A stretch of DNA of 64,000 bases from Lophium mytilinum (lineage: Eukaryota), in the NCBI GenBank assembly GCA_010093605.1, contig MU004182.1, positions 62,001 to 126,000 of the forward strand, written 5' to 3'. Positions 23,595 to 34,842 of the stretch are shown here, one piece after another. A model generated the notes under the pieces. The model had not been told where the DNA came from and did no database searches. It saw only the letters and a list, made by a program, of their open reading frames with translations. A program made the position numbers and the translations under genes. How positions within the stretch are numbered: position 1 is the stretch's first letter; each line of letters begins with the position of its first letter.

Positions 23595-25387
23595 ATGTTC
23601 TGCAGAACACAGCCAAACTGTACAAATTACCCACACCACTGCCCCCCGCCAAACCCAAACGGCGATGGCCTTCCTGATGTCGCCGGAATCGGGGTATGTT
23701 TCTCGGTCAAATCAGCTCCTCCATACCCAAACACGCGGGGCATGAAAAAGGAGGTACACTTAGCAGGCATTTTGCCTTCTCTACACCTGTTTGCCGCTGC
23801 TTGTGGTGCTTCAACGCATTTCCAGAACTGTAGGAAAGGTAGAAGCTCTTAGCTTTGAGCTATGTGGAAAATTGTTTAAGCACTCCAAGCAGTGGCAGAG
23901 AAGTGCACACACAACCGCAGAGGACAGAGTGCTTCTGAGTGTGCCAGTCTCTTCATACCCAGCGTGCCAAATCAGATTCGATCCATAGCTAAAACTCCCC
24001 CCCAGGTCGTCTGGTCCTTCGGCATAACAGCCATCCTAACCGTCCTGTTCGCCATGCCCATCACCCTCCTCTCCCTGCTCGACATCCTCCTCTGTCTCCG
24101 CCGCGCCCTCCACCTCACCACAGACGACGAAATTACGCGCTTCAAAACCCGCCTCCACGCCCTCGTCGAGCACATCACCCTCGGCCTCTCCGACCAACAA
24201 CTCATCACCGGCCTCACCATCCTCACCATCGGCTGGACACGCCACTGCACCATCTCCTCGCGTCACTTCTGGATCGTCTTCGACCTCTCCTTCTTCAGCG
24301 CCGTCACCCACCTCGCCTCCCTCCTCGCACTTCGTTCCTACTTCTCGCAGCACCGCCGCCTGCGCGACTTCCGCGTGTTCCTCATGCTGTGCAACTACGT
24401 GATGCTGCTCGTGGCCGCGATCCTCTCGTTCCGCGACTACGACGAGTCGACGCGGGACTGCCCGATCCAGTGCGCGTTTGATCGCATACGCAGCCGGCAG
24501 CTGGGGGTTAGTGCGATGTATACGGTGCAAATGGTGCTGCTGAGTGTGGTGTTTTTCTGGCAGCTAGGGATGATGTATGTGAAGGAGGATGCGTGGGGGA
24601 TGCGGCATGATATGATCTTGCGTGCAGTGAAGGCGCGGGGACAGATGGAGGGTGGGGAGCAGCCTGCGAGGACGTATCGGGGTTTGCTGAGGGCAAGGAA
24701 GGAGAGATTGGAGGCGCTGACGGCACGGCCGGCGGGGGTGGAGAGGGTGACGAATGTGCTGAAGATAAGGTGGGTGCGGAAGCGGGTGTATACGTGGCTG
24801 TGGCGGGTTGAGGAGAGGTTTGGTGCTCGTGATGGACGGCCGGGACGGAAGAGCTACGAGGTCGCGCAGTGGACTGTTTTGATGATGGTTGCGCCGCCGG
24901 CTGCGGTGGTGTGGCTCGTTATCCTCACTCTGTTGGCTATGGGCGTGGGACGATTGGTGCTGGACAGGCGTTGGGCGGTTGGAGCAGAGAACAAATGGAC
25001 TTTCGGCCAGGTTCTACCGATGCTGATCGTGGTGCTGCCGTTCTTCACGTTGACGGAAGAGCTACGAGGTGTGTACTCTAAACTACAGAGACAGCACATA
25101 CGGTGCAATTATGTCGAGTTGGCGCTAACGTGAGTGTGCAGAGAGACCTGAGCCACCTGCGAAGTCCGTGAAGCCATCGGTCGAGAGCAAGCCTACTCTT
25201 GAAGAGCGACGGTCGGTCTCCCAAAATACCCTCAACGGCCAGGACCAAGAGCCCAAATCACCTTCAGAGACGGTCTGATTTTGCTATTCAAGAGTACTGC
25301 TTCCTGTCCAGAGTTATCCCGAACCTGTCCTGGAGAAGCTCCAGCAGTGACGAGTGGTATGAGGTTGATCACTTCCGCAGAGGCTGA
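23595..25387 (+). CDS. Multi-pass membrane protein of the fungal 'PDxxGIG...WTFGQ' type
   Basis: Exon 1 23595-23693 (PDVAGIG), intron 23694-24005 in frame, exon 2 with LSDQQLITG, HLASL and ENKWTFGQVLP, intron ~25069-25141, tail to TGA 25387. Confidence 0.8.
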
Positions 25388-25456
25388 TCTTGTCGTAGAG
25401 ATAAAGTGCTTGAAGATTGGGATTCATTCTATCGTCTCATTTGTCTAGCCATGCGC

Positions 25457-26422
25457 TCAGATGCGGGCAGGAAGGGTTGAGGCGCGACCAGGATTTGCCC
25501 TATTCACGGCCGACGAAATTGTGGTAATCTCGGGAGCGTCATTTTGTGGAACTGGAGTATTCTTATCCACTTTCTTCTCGTTGGCAATTGCAGTGGGACT
25601 GCGGCCAGGTGCGCGCTTCTTTGTACAGCTCAGTGCTTTCGGCCATCGCCTTTCTAGGGAGTCAGAATTGGTTCGCTACGACGGTTTTGAGACTAGGCAT
25701 AGGGAAGCAAGTACGTACCACCAAAGGAGCAGAGCAATCACGCTCGCTGAGCCGACAACTACGCCAGCGATGCCCCCCTTTGAGAAATCTGGTACACACT
25801 TTGTTACTATGCGCACAAAGGCACGACAGTGGGGTGAGTACGGACCTGTAGGGAACGCGTGACCTCCTGTTGGAGTTGTAGTGGTGCTCGGATTCGGGGA
25901 CCCAGTCAACGTGATCACCTGAGTTGTTGAGTGTGCCACTGACGTTCGCCGTGTGATAATAACTCCAGAGTCGCTAGCATTTGTCAAAATGCTGCTTTCC
26001 CCGTTATAGGTTCGAGAAATTGAGCTGGTGAAAGCGGATGCAGCACAGCCATGCTCAGTCATCTCTGTCCCTGCGTTATATACGTAGAGCAGCTCATAAC
26101 AATCCGGTGAGGCTGGATCCGTACATGTTGCCACGTATGGATCAGAAATACAGCTCTTCGTACAGAGGTTCAGAGAAGCCTTGGGAATGCAGGAAGTTGC
26201 TAGGAAGCAGTCGGAAAGAGAGCTAGGGTTGCAACAGCCGTGTATACTGTAATAGCTATTGGTAGCACACACGTAGTCTGGATTGAGACACGTGATAGAC
26301 GATGTGAAAATGCCATTCGCATATCCACAGGTATTTTCTCCAGAGTTCCGCTTTCGGAGGAGCTCCAGACTTCCCAGTTGTCGATTCTCGGGACTGTCTG
26401 TGGTTCTGGGCGACGGATACAC
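25457..26422 (-). CDS. Cys-rich/Ser-Thr-rich single-pass cell-surface protein (Mid2-like architecture); start codon not found
   Basis: TCGY..C..C..HGCC Cys-rich block, S/T-rich stalk, GGIAGVVVG transmembrane helix and a spliced cytosolic tail. No in-frame ATG or signal peptide before the upstream stop, so it may be truncated or have an unseen exon. Confidence 0.6.
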
Positions 26423-26892
26423 GCCATCAAACTCTGCGCCCTTCGTCGGGCGACTGGTCTTTAGTCCGTCTCCTGGAATAGCGCGATATTGTGGTAGAGT
26501 TTCGCGCGACTTTACACTGGGAGAAGCTGTCGAAAAGAACTCCGCGGGCTCACCAGCCTATCAGATGCCAGCAGCCTCAGCCTCGTCGTTCAAATGTTCG
26601 AGGGAGTTATCAGAAGCTTACCGGGCGGGCCTTAACACATCTTAGCACAAGAAATAGAAATCGAATTAACATATTGATATGGAATGCAGAGTATGACGAT
26701 TCTCTGTGTGTATGTAAGAGGGAGGCCGTTGGTCTTATCGTAGGTAAGGGTGGATCTTGGCTGCATGGTAGAACCCCTCACTTGCGCTCAGCCACACCAG
26801 ACTGTAGGAGTTTTCCCAGCTTGCTCGCAGCCGGAGGATGTGACTTTCGTGATCAGGCCAGCTTCTCCATACGCCCTACTTTCTCAAATATA

Positions 26893-28225
26893 ATGCCGAG
26901 TACTTCCCCGATTGATTGCTCCACCCTGTCATCCAGGAAAGACTTCGCAGACTATATTAAGTTAATCAGCGACAATGACGGTATAGATCTTAGCCTTGTT
27001 GAGAGATGCAAATCTCAAGTATGCGAGGCTCTGTGGGGTTCCGGAAATCCGGATATTTCTGGCGAGTTTCTCAGAGTACACGCTTGAATGTGTGTTAACA
27101 GCCCTTTAGGCATTGGAATGTCTATTGGCTATGTGCTTGAGACAGCCATCAGCGTGGCTCTAATCGTTGTGTTCATCCTTTTAAGTTATAGGAAAACAAA
27201 TCGTCAAAGTCGGTGGATACGATTGCTTTTGGCGAATTCCACCAAGGCTTTCTATGAAAATGCGATCTTCTTTTCGTCTGGAATCCAAATAGCGAGTATC
27301 GTGGTACTGGCTAAAGTCAACTTTGGAATCAACGCGAATGGACAGGGTGCAATTACCATGAAGATAACCTGGTCGATCTCACTCTTAACTTTACTTCCCT
27401 TGTTACCGTTGAGTCTGGGCAATTTTATGTTTCGAGAATCAAATAAGGAACAAGAAGAATCTGCCGAAATCATCCAGACTTCTTCGGCCGAGAACGGAGA
27501 CAAAATTAGAGAGACTTCGGGTCGTGTCGCACTCACACACAAGGATGAAGAGGACGCGCAAGACCGTCGACGCTTCTTTCTATTCGTTCTATGCTGGATG
27601 CTGTCAGTCTTCCCGTTTTTGTCGCGAATGGTTGGAACATTTGGTAAGTCTGACTCTTGCTTCCAATGCTTGTCGGGAACCGCAGGCTAATACTTGTGAA
27701 GGCCAAAGTCAAATAGGATCGGGGTCAGGCGCGGTGGTTTCAACAAATGACTGGGCTTTAATTGAACAGGAATGTTTCAAGGGTGTTAACGACCTGCAGT
27801 CGTCACAAGAAACGGCTATGTCTGCCTTTGGTATCGGTAGCTGGCTTTTCCTGTCTTTGATCGTAATATGGAAGATCTTCCTATCCGGTATCCAACGACA
27901 GCATCCGAATTCGAAGCTTGCGAGTCGATTTGAAGACAAAAGTGTGTTCCTCGATACTTACCGGCCGTCAGAGTCTTGGCTGTGGATGTGTGTGTGCATC
28001 GTTACACCCTTGCTGTCCATCTTCCAGATGTGGACATTCTTCCGCCTCCAGAGACTGCAAACGCAGATGACGAAGGCTTCCGGAGGCGACGATCCAGATA
28101 CCGACTGGACATTTGGACAAATTGTTGCTGTGATTATCTTTACGCCGGTTCTGGTGGAAGTCGGCTTCGTGATTAGGAACAGGAAGATGTTTGACAAGGT
28201 CATCTGTGAAGAAGATACGGAATAA
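26893..28225 (+). CDS. Multi-pass membrane protein of the fungal 'GNPDISGIG...WTFGQ' type
   Basis: ATG 26893, LWGSGNPDISG|IG across a GC-AG intron 27062-27109, second intron 27644-27701, DTDWTFGQIVAV near the C-terminus. Confidence 0.8.
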
Positions 28226-28489
28226 ATTACAATTCACAGTGAGCGGCGGCACATATATGCGCACACACTGTGATGTAAAGATCTTGATAGCCTCCGTGAA
28301 GTGGCATACGTATAATTGAGCTGGAATAAAAAAGTAATTGATGAGTTATTAAATTGTTTTGGGTAATCGAACCATAGCTGGAAGAGACGGAAGGGGAAAG
28401 AAGGTCTGCAGTGGCCTGTCTTCATGTTATCCTTAACTTTCCAGGATAAACCCCCTTTCCCATGCTTCTACTGACACCGATCTCATCAG

Positions 28490-29662
28490 CTACATAACAC
28501 AGCACGACCTACCTTGCGCGCCCGCTCTCCTGTCTTCCTCACTCATCTCCTCAGTGATAGCCGAAAGCTGCAGGTCTAGACCTCGGGATGGCGACACCTT
28601 CGCCCGCAACTTTTCGAGCTCCAACCTGCCCCATTTCGCAACACGGACGTAATTCGCATTTGGAAGATCTGTCTCATAATCTTTGAGCACCACCTCAATT
28701 TCGGCCTGCCGCGCTGAATCTTCTGTCGCCGCCCACGCGGCACAAAGCGCTTGAACGATGAAACTAGCCCCAAGCGGCCGGAACGGTGCTGTTTTCCGAG
28801 CGAGACTTACGAGTTCATCGGCAAAGAAGAGCGATGTTTCATGGAGTTCGTTCAATTGGGCGTTTGGTGGGTTAAACGCACGGAGTATGTAGCTAAGGAT
28901 GGTGGCGAACTGGATCATCATGCCATAGGCAACCTGATAGCGGAATAGCATCTTCAAGTAGTCTAGTGATAGTAAATTCTGTGGAACTTCCTCGGGAGAA
29001 TCAAGAGATTCTATTTCAGCTAGGCGCTGTTTTATCCGCGGTATGTCGATTCGTATATCTCGATATGCGACATCGATGCCGAAACGATTTGGTCTGGGGT
29101 TTCGAATGTAGTCTGCAATTTTAGCCAGAGAGTGTGGCTTCAAGGTTTGAGACATTGAGACGACATCGGACGTGCTCAATCGAGCCGGTCCGTGTGGCTC
29201 TGCGAACCTTTGGAACCATGGACCGAGTCTGGCCTTAGGGTTTGTGATACTGTCGGTTATCTGAGGATATGCGTGAGTCTTGTGGTTTGTCACCGTTTTT
29301 CGGCTGGAAAACCATACTACAATCACACTTCAAATGAGAATCAAAGCGACATCAAAGGGTTCAGACCAATCTTGCTTTGATGCCACGGCATTTAAGATGT
29401 GAGACAACCCTTCGTAGTGGTCGCCGTGTTAGAACTGATGTTGGCCTATCCATTGCTTTGATCAACCCAATTAGTCTTGTGCTATTGATGATGACATGAT
29501 AGTCTTGCATACCTGACAAAATATCAAGAGCCACACAGCACACAAAGTGTCCGACGTTACCTGTTTTGTCAGGTCCTGCAAATGTAATATCAATGCCTTC
29601 ATTGCCTTGCCATACTGGGCTTGAGCTTCAAGTTGTTTCTGTCGTGTACGCATCAAAGAGAA
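28490..29662 (-). pseudogene. 5'-truncated fungal Zn2Cys6-type transcription-factor middle/C-terminal region
   Basis: YGKAMKAL..TLCAVWLLIFCQ|QWIG..HYEGL and FRPLGAS motifs. In-frame stops at 29429-29431 and 29330-29332. No zinc-cluster N-terminus present. Confidence 0.7.
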
Positions 29663-30354
29663 TCTGGTGTCGATCCTTCGAAAGACATCCTCTGCACCGA
29701 TTCCGTTAAGGCCACGAACAAGAACTACATTACGCTATATTACAAACCACTCCTTTCCACCATGTTTCAGCAAAACCTCACAAAGCCTATCTTCGCTTTC
29801 GCAATGAGTCGAAGCAAGGAAATTGGAGGTGTCATGACTCTGGGTGGCATACCGGATCCAAACGATGCGCAGATCGACGCGACAAGGGGCCCCGAAGCCA
29901 CAGTTCCGATCGAGAGAGTAGAGGGCAGTACCAAGTATTCTTATTACTTGATCACGATGGACGGGCTCAATTTCACCGGTGCCGCAACTGGCGCCGGAAA
30001 GGGCAGTACATAGTCGACACTGGTACCGTACCCAGCATTACCCCGCAAGAGCAAGCAGATGAAATCAACGCGCTATTCGACCCGCCAGCCGTTTTCAACA
30101 AGACCAAAGGCTATGTTGTCCAATGTAACGCCACGGCTCCTGATTTGAGCGCTGAAATTGGCGGCCAGCTGTTTGGTATCAACGGAAAAGAATTGATTCT
30201 AAGTTGGGACGCTAATGAGACCGGCTGTTACAGCGGTATTCAGAACGGAACTGCTACTGTAGGTATATTAGGTAGTATCTTTATGAAAAATGTGCTTGCT
30301 GTATTTGATGTTGGGAGGATGGAGATGATGTTTTCGAGTCGGATGGATTCTTAA
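29663..30354 (+). pseudogene. 5'-truncated pepsin-like aspartic protease (C-lobe only), frameshifted
   Basis: FAFAMSR, GGVMTLGG, YYLITMDG, then a frameshift at ~30001-30003 to QYIVDTGT, followed by CYSGIQ and ILGSIFMKNVLAVFD. No signal peptide or first DTG. Confidence 0.8.
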
Positions 30355-30629
30355 CTTCTCGGAAAGTGCATCTGTTTTGATGAAATATGCAGCCTATGAT
30401 TGTTCCTAAGAGAGTGTAGAGGTATGATGGATTCAGGCAAACCCGAGTCGATCCCGTAGAAAGGCACTAGACTACTTTCAGTACGATTAGCGTCCTTGCT
30501 CTTCCGTCTCATCTCAGTCCACGGCATGAAGCTTCCATCATCTATTTTATCTTGAATCGAATCGAGCCCACATCAGTAACGCGTCTAATCTATCTATCAA
30601 ATCAAATTAACTGACCTTCGCGCTGGACT

Positions 30630-31508
30630 ATGCGACTCTACGCCATCGGAGACCTCCACCTAGGCCACAAAGAAAATCGCGACGCGCGTGCAGCTCTGCG
30701 ACCGCACCCCGAAGATGGCCTAATCCTGTGCGGAGACGTTGGAGAGACCTCCGAGCATCTATCCGTCGCGTTCGAGTCTGCCACAGCCTACTTTCGGACT
30801 GTTTTTTGGGTTCCTGGGAATCATGAACTTTACACAATGCCCGCGTCAGGGCAGCCCCGAGGTATCGCAAAATATCAAGAATGCGTCCAATTAGCACGAA
30901 GCTACGGAATCAAAACACCCGAAGATGAGTATATGACGTGGGACGGTGATGGTGGGCCTCATATCATCGCCCCGATCTTCACGCTTTACGACTATAGCTT
31001 CCGACCTTCTTATGTCTCGAAAGAGAATGCGTTGGCCTGGGCCGAAGAAGAGGATATCGTTGCTACCGATGAAGCTCTTCTTCACCCTGATCCCCATCCT
31101 TCAAGAGAAGCTTGGTGCGATCAGCTTGTAACTCGGACTGAGCAACGGCTTCAGGAAGCTGCCACAAAAGGCTTGCCACTGATCATTATCAACCACTGGC
31201 CTCTACGAGAAGATCTAGTTTACATTCCTCGAGTCCCACGGTTTTCCCTGTGGTGTGGAACCAAGAGGACGGAAGATTGGCACACGCGCTTCAACGCCAA
31301 GGTCGTTGTCAATGGCCACCTGCACGTTCCTCGAACAGACTGGAAAGATGGCGTTCGATTTGAAGAGTGCTCTCTAGGCTACCCGCGTCAATGGGCAGAT
31401 GCGAAAGAGACGGGTCTGAATATTAATGATCTACTGCGGGAGATCCTGCCTGGTCCACCACCACCAGAGTCTGGTTCGGCGACCACGAAATGGCGCCGCT
31501 TCGGATAG
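30630..31508 (+). CDS. Calcineurin-like metallophosphoesterase, PptH(Rv2795c)/SimX4-like, intronless
   Basis: All five metal motifs: GDLH, CGDV, PGNHE, NHWP, GHLH. Also LYDYSF, FSLWCGT..T.DWH and DGVRFEECSLGYPRQW. Confidence 0.9.
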   Translation: MRLYAIGDLHLGHKENRDARAALRPHPEDGLILCGDVGETSEHLSVAFESATAYFRTVFWVPGNHELYTMPASGQPRGIAKYQECVQLARSYGIKTPEDEYMTWDGDGGPHIIAPIFTLYDYSFRPSYVSKENALAWAEEEDIVATDEALLHPDPHPSREAWCDQLVTRTEQRLQEAATKGLPLIIINHWPLREDLVYIPRVPRFSLWCGTKRTEDWHTRFNAKVVVNGHLHVPRTDWKDGVRFEECSLGYPRQWADAKETGLNINDLLREILPGPPPPESGSATTKWRRFG

Positions 31509-31907
31509 CCTGTGCATGATTTCTCTTTGCCTCTCATGGTAGAAGACAATCCGTATCTCCGCAGATAGCGTTGAGAATAGCATCAAGAAAGCTTCCTAGC
31601 TTTTTTTTAGTATTTTAGCGTTCTCTGTCTTCAGCCTCCCGTATTTTTTTTAAAAGCATTGGCTTTAGGAGTCGAGACTCTATACCTATACACCCGCAAT
31701 TTCAGAACCTCAAGGAGATGTCGTGGTGTTTTGGCATGATTCATCACAGCAATATCCAGTATAGGTTGCAGGGGTGCTTCTCTAGCGTCACTGCCTTCCC
31801 TCTAGCACCAACGGAAGCAGGTCAGCCGACGGGTTTGCCGCGAGAAGCGAAAAGCGGGACACACTGCAGATCCACCACTCTCACGCACCCTCTTACTCAG
31901 TAAACCT

Positions 31908-32037
31908 GATAAGATAAGAACTGTCCTACCTGCCACTGTAGAACCCTCACCATGGGCGGTGTATGGGCACTACGACGCATCTGAGTCGACAAGCTATCTT
32001 CACCTGATGACACGCAGTTGCCTGACAAGCTATCTTC
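31908..32037 (+). promoter_or_regulatory. Clustered GATA sites and a 14-bp direct repeat upstream of the peptidase gene
   Basis: GATAAGATAAG at 31908-31918; GACAAGCTATCTTC at 31988-32001 and 32024-32037. Confidence 0.4.
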
Positions 32038-32146
32038 TTGGCGAGCCGTCTTCCCCAGACCTCACAAGTTTTCGCGACCACACCTTCAAGAACCTCGACA
32101 TTTCCTTCGACAGCCGCATTGCTGTAAAATTTGAACTGCGCTAGAG

Positions 32147-34480
32147 ATGCGGCCAGAAACGAAGAGCGAGCATGTCACTGAGAGACAACACCGTTCGCCG
32201 GTCATCAGAGGCAGTTTTTGGAAATGGCGTGTGACGGCTGCCACCATCTTCTTCTCTATATTCTTCATGTACCAGCTGCAAGATGTCAAATTCAACAGGT
32301 TTGGTGGCGATCGTATTTCCATTACTTCTCCGACTTCTTTCGAACCTAAGGTATTCTTCTGGAAAGATGTAAGCAAAAGGTATATGTTGTGCGAGTATTG
32401 CTAAACTCACCTCGACACAGATCGAACCCTCCTCGCAAATCGTATACCATAACTGCTATGATGGCCTCCAGTGCGCTCGCTTGGAAGTACCGATGGATTG
32501 GAATAGAACAGATGGTGCAGGTAACAAGGTTGCCATAGCCATCGTTCGAGTGCCTGCCAAAGTCCCCGTGACAGATCCTCGATATGGAGGACCCATCCTG
32601 ATCAACCCGGGTGAGTTGCTTATTTTCCTTCAGACTATCGTGGCTAAATCTGATTGCATTAGGTGGCCCGGGTGGTTCGGGGGTGGCACGGGTCCTTCGC
32701 GTTGGGAGACAGCTTCAAAAGGTCGTGGATTCCGGAGTGACACCGGAAGAAGCCTCGTATAATAGCTCTGATAAATACTTCGACATACTTGGCTTTGACC
32801 CTCGGGGCATCAATAACACAACACCCACCATCTCATGCTTCCCCAACTCGTTCTCCAGGCAAAGTTGGATCACGCAAGCAGACGCCGAGGGAATGCTCGG
32901 AAGCTCCGACGCTTCCTTTAATTGGAACTGGAGACGTGCAAGAGCCCTTGCAGAAGGTTGCTCCAAACAGCTTGCGAAACCATTGTATGGAAATGAGCCC
33001 CTTGGTGAGCATGTGAATACGGTATGTATTTCTTCAATCTTTCCAGTGCCTTGATCGCTTACTTTACGTAGGCTCCGGTGGCCCGGGACATGGTTGAAAT
33101 CATAGAGCGGCACGCCGAGTGGAAGGAGATAGAAGGGAAAAGGGCACAGCAGGTACTCGATCAAAGTACAGGCTTCGACCCAGATCACTCAATTATCGCG
33201 CGGACCACATGGAACCAAGGCATCGAAAAGCTTCAATACTGGGGCTTCTCCTATGGGACCCTTCTCGGGGCAACTTTTGCCGCTATGTACCCTGACAAGG
33301 TCCACCGTGTAGTTTTAGACGGCGTTGTCGATGCAGACTCCTACTACTACGGTTACTGGGACAGCAATCTTTGGGACTCCGACGAAATCTACACGAAGTT
33401 CTTCGAGTACTGCTTCGAAGCTGGCCCGGATCTATGCCCATTCCATGACCCTCGAGGCTCCGCGGCCATGCGAGTCATCTATGAGACAATGCTAACAAAT
33501 ATTTGGAACAATCCTTTAGCAATTCCCGGAAACGAAGAACGAGGGCCGGAGATCATTACCTGGACAGACATCAAGATCATCACAAAAACGGCACTTTATC
33601 AACCTCTGGAATACTTCTACATCTTAGCAGAATTACTGGCCGATTTGACCAAAGGGGACGGTTCCAAATTTGCCATATTCAAGCAGGGCGAGCGGACATG
33701 CAGTGGGTGTCCTTTGCAAGAATGTCAGGAGGCCGGACCGTACTCTCGCGAGTGTATGATCACCGGTTGGGATGGCGTTGATGCATCCTCAGCAGTTCTT
33801 TGCACTGATGGCGTCTATCTCGGGGATATCGACGAAGAAGGCTTCAAAGAGTACTGGCAGATGTTGAAAAATCAAAGTCATGCAATGGGTGATTACTGGG
33901 CTCGTACGCGACTAAGCTGCGTGGGATGGAATAATACGGCCAAGTGGAGATATCCTGGTAAGCGTGGACTACTACCTTTCGCTGGTATGAGCATCACTAA
34001 ACACTTTCGGATAGGTCCTTTCGCAGGGAATACTTCTCATCCGATTCTATGGATCAGTAATACCCTAGACACCGTGACACCTATCAGGAAGTATGATCAG
34101 TGTTCGATATTGCACTCTGAATTCTGTTAATGGTATGCAGCGGACGTAAAATGAGAGACATGTTCCCCGGTTCGGTCCTTCTGGAGCAAAATTGCCAAGG
34201 GGTAAGTCCCCTCCTCGGATTGTTTTACGTTGTCGTGGGAACAATTTGTCGCTAATCGTCATACTTTATATAGCACTGCTCATTCACAGCGCCATCCATA
34301 TGCACCGCTAAGGCAGTCCGGGCGTACTTCCAGACCGGAGTCCTCCCACCACCCAATACTCTTTGTGAAGCAGATGTGAAGCCATTCTTCAAAGATGCAT
34401 CGGCCTCCCGGACCCTGGAAAAGTCAGACATCGAACTATTAGACGCCCTAATAGTTGCTTCGAAGAACTCTATGGATTGA
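32147..34480 (+). CDS. TAP-like alpha/beta-hydrolase peptidase (S33 family), multi-exon
   Basis: [30 protein letters not shown], nucleophile WGFSYGT, VLDGVVD, LDTVTP and G|HCS, with canonical introns and stop TGA at 34480. Confidence 0.9.
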
Positions 34481-34842
34481 AATGGAAGCACTCGGAGTCG
34501 CAAAAGCCAGGACCCGGTAATTTCAGGCGAGTCTTCGATATCTAGCCATTGTTTCACTGTGAATGTCGTTCAAGTCGCTTTCTTTTAGTATTACATACAT
34601 ACACACTCTGAAATCTTCGTCGCGCATTTGACATTAGCATAACTTCGATTGTAGGATCTCCAAGCAAACGCATTAGCACTGATAGCTTCATGATTGGCTA
34701 CCTATGAGTCACAGTCTGAGAATGCGCCAAAGGTGCCGAAAGTTCTTAATTCCTAAACAATAGCCATATACACCTACATTAGGACCATATCTTGGTCCGC
34801 ACAGATCTATACTAATGACCTTTAGCTACAAGTCTAGATCGC

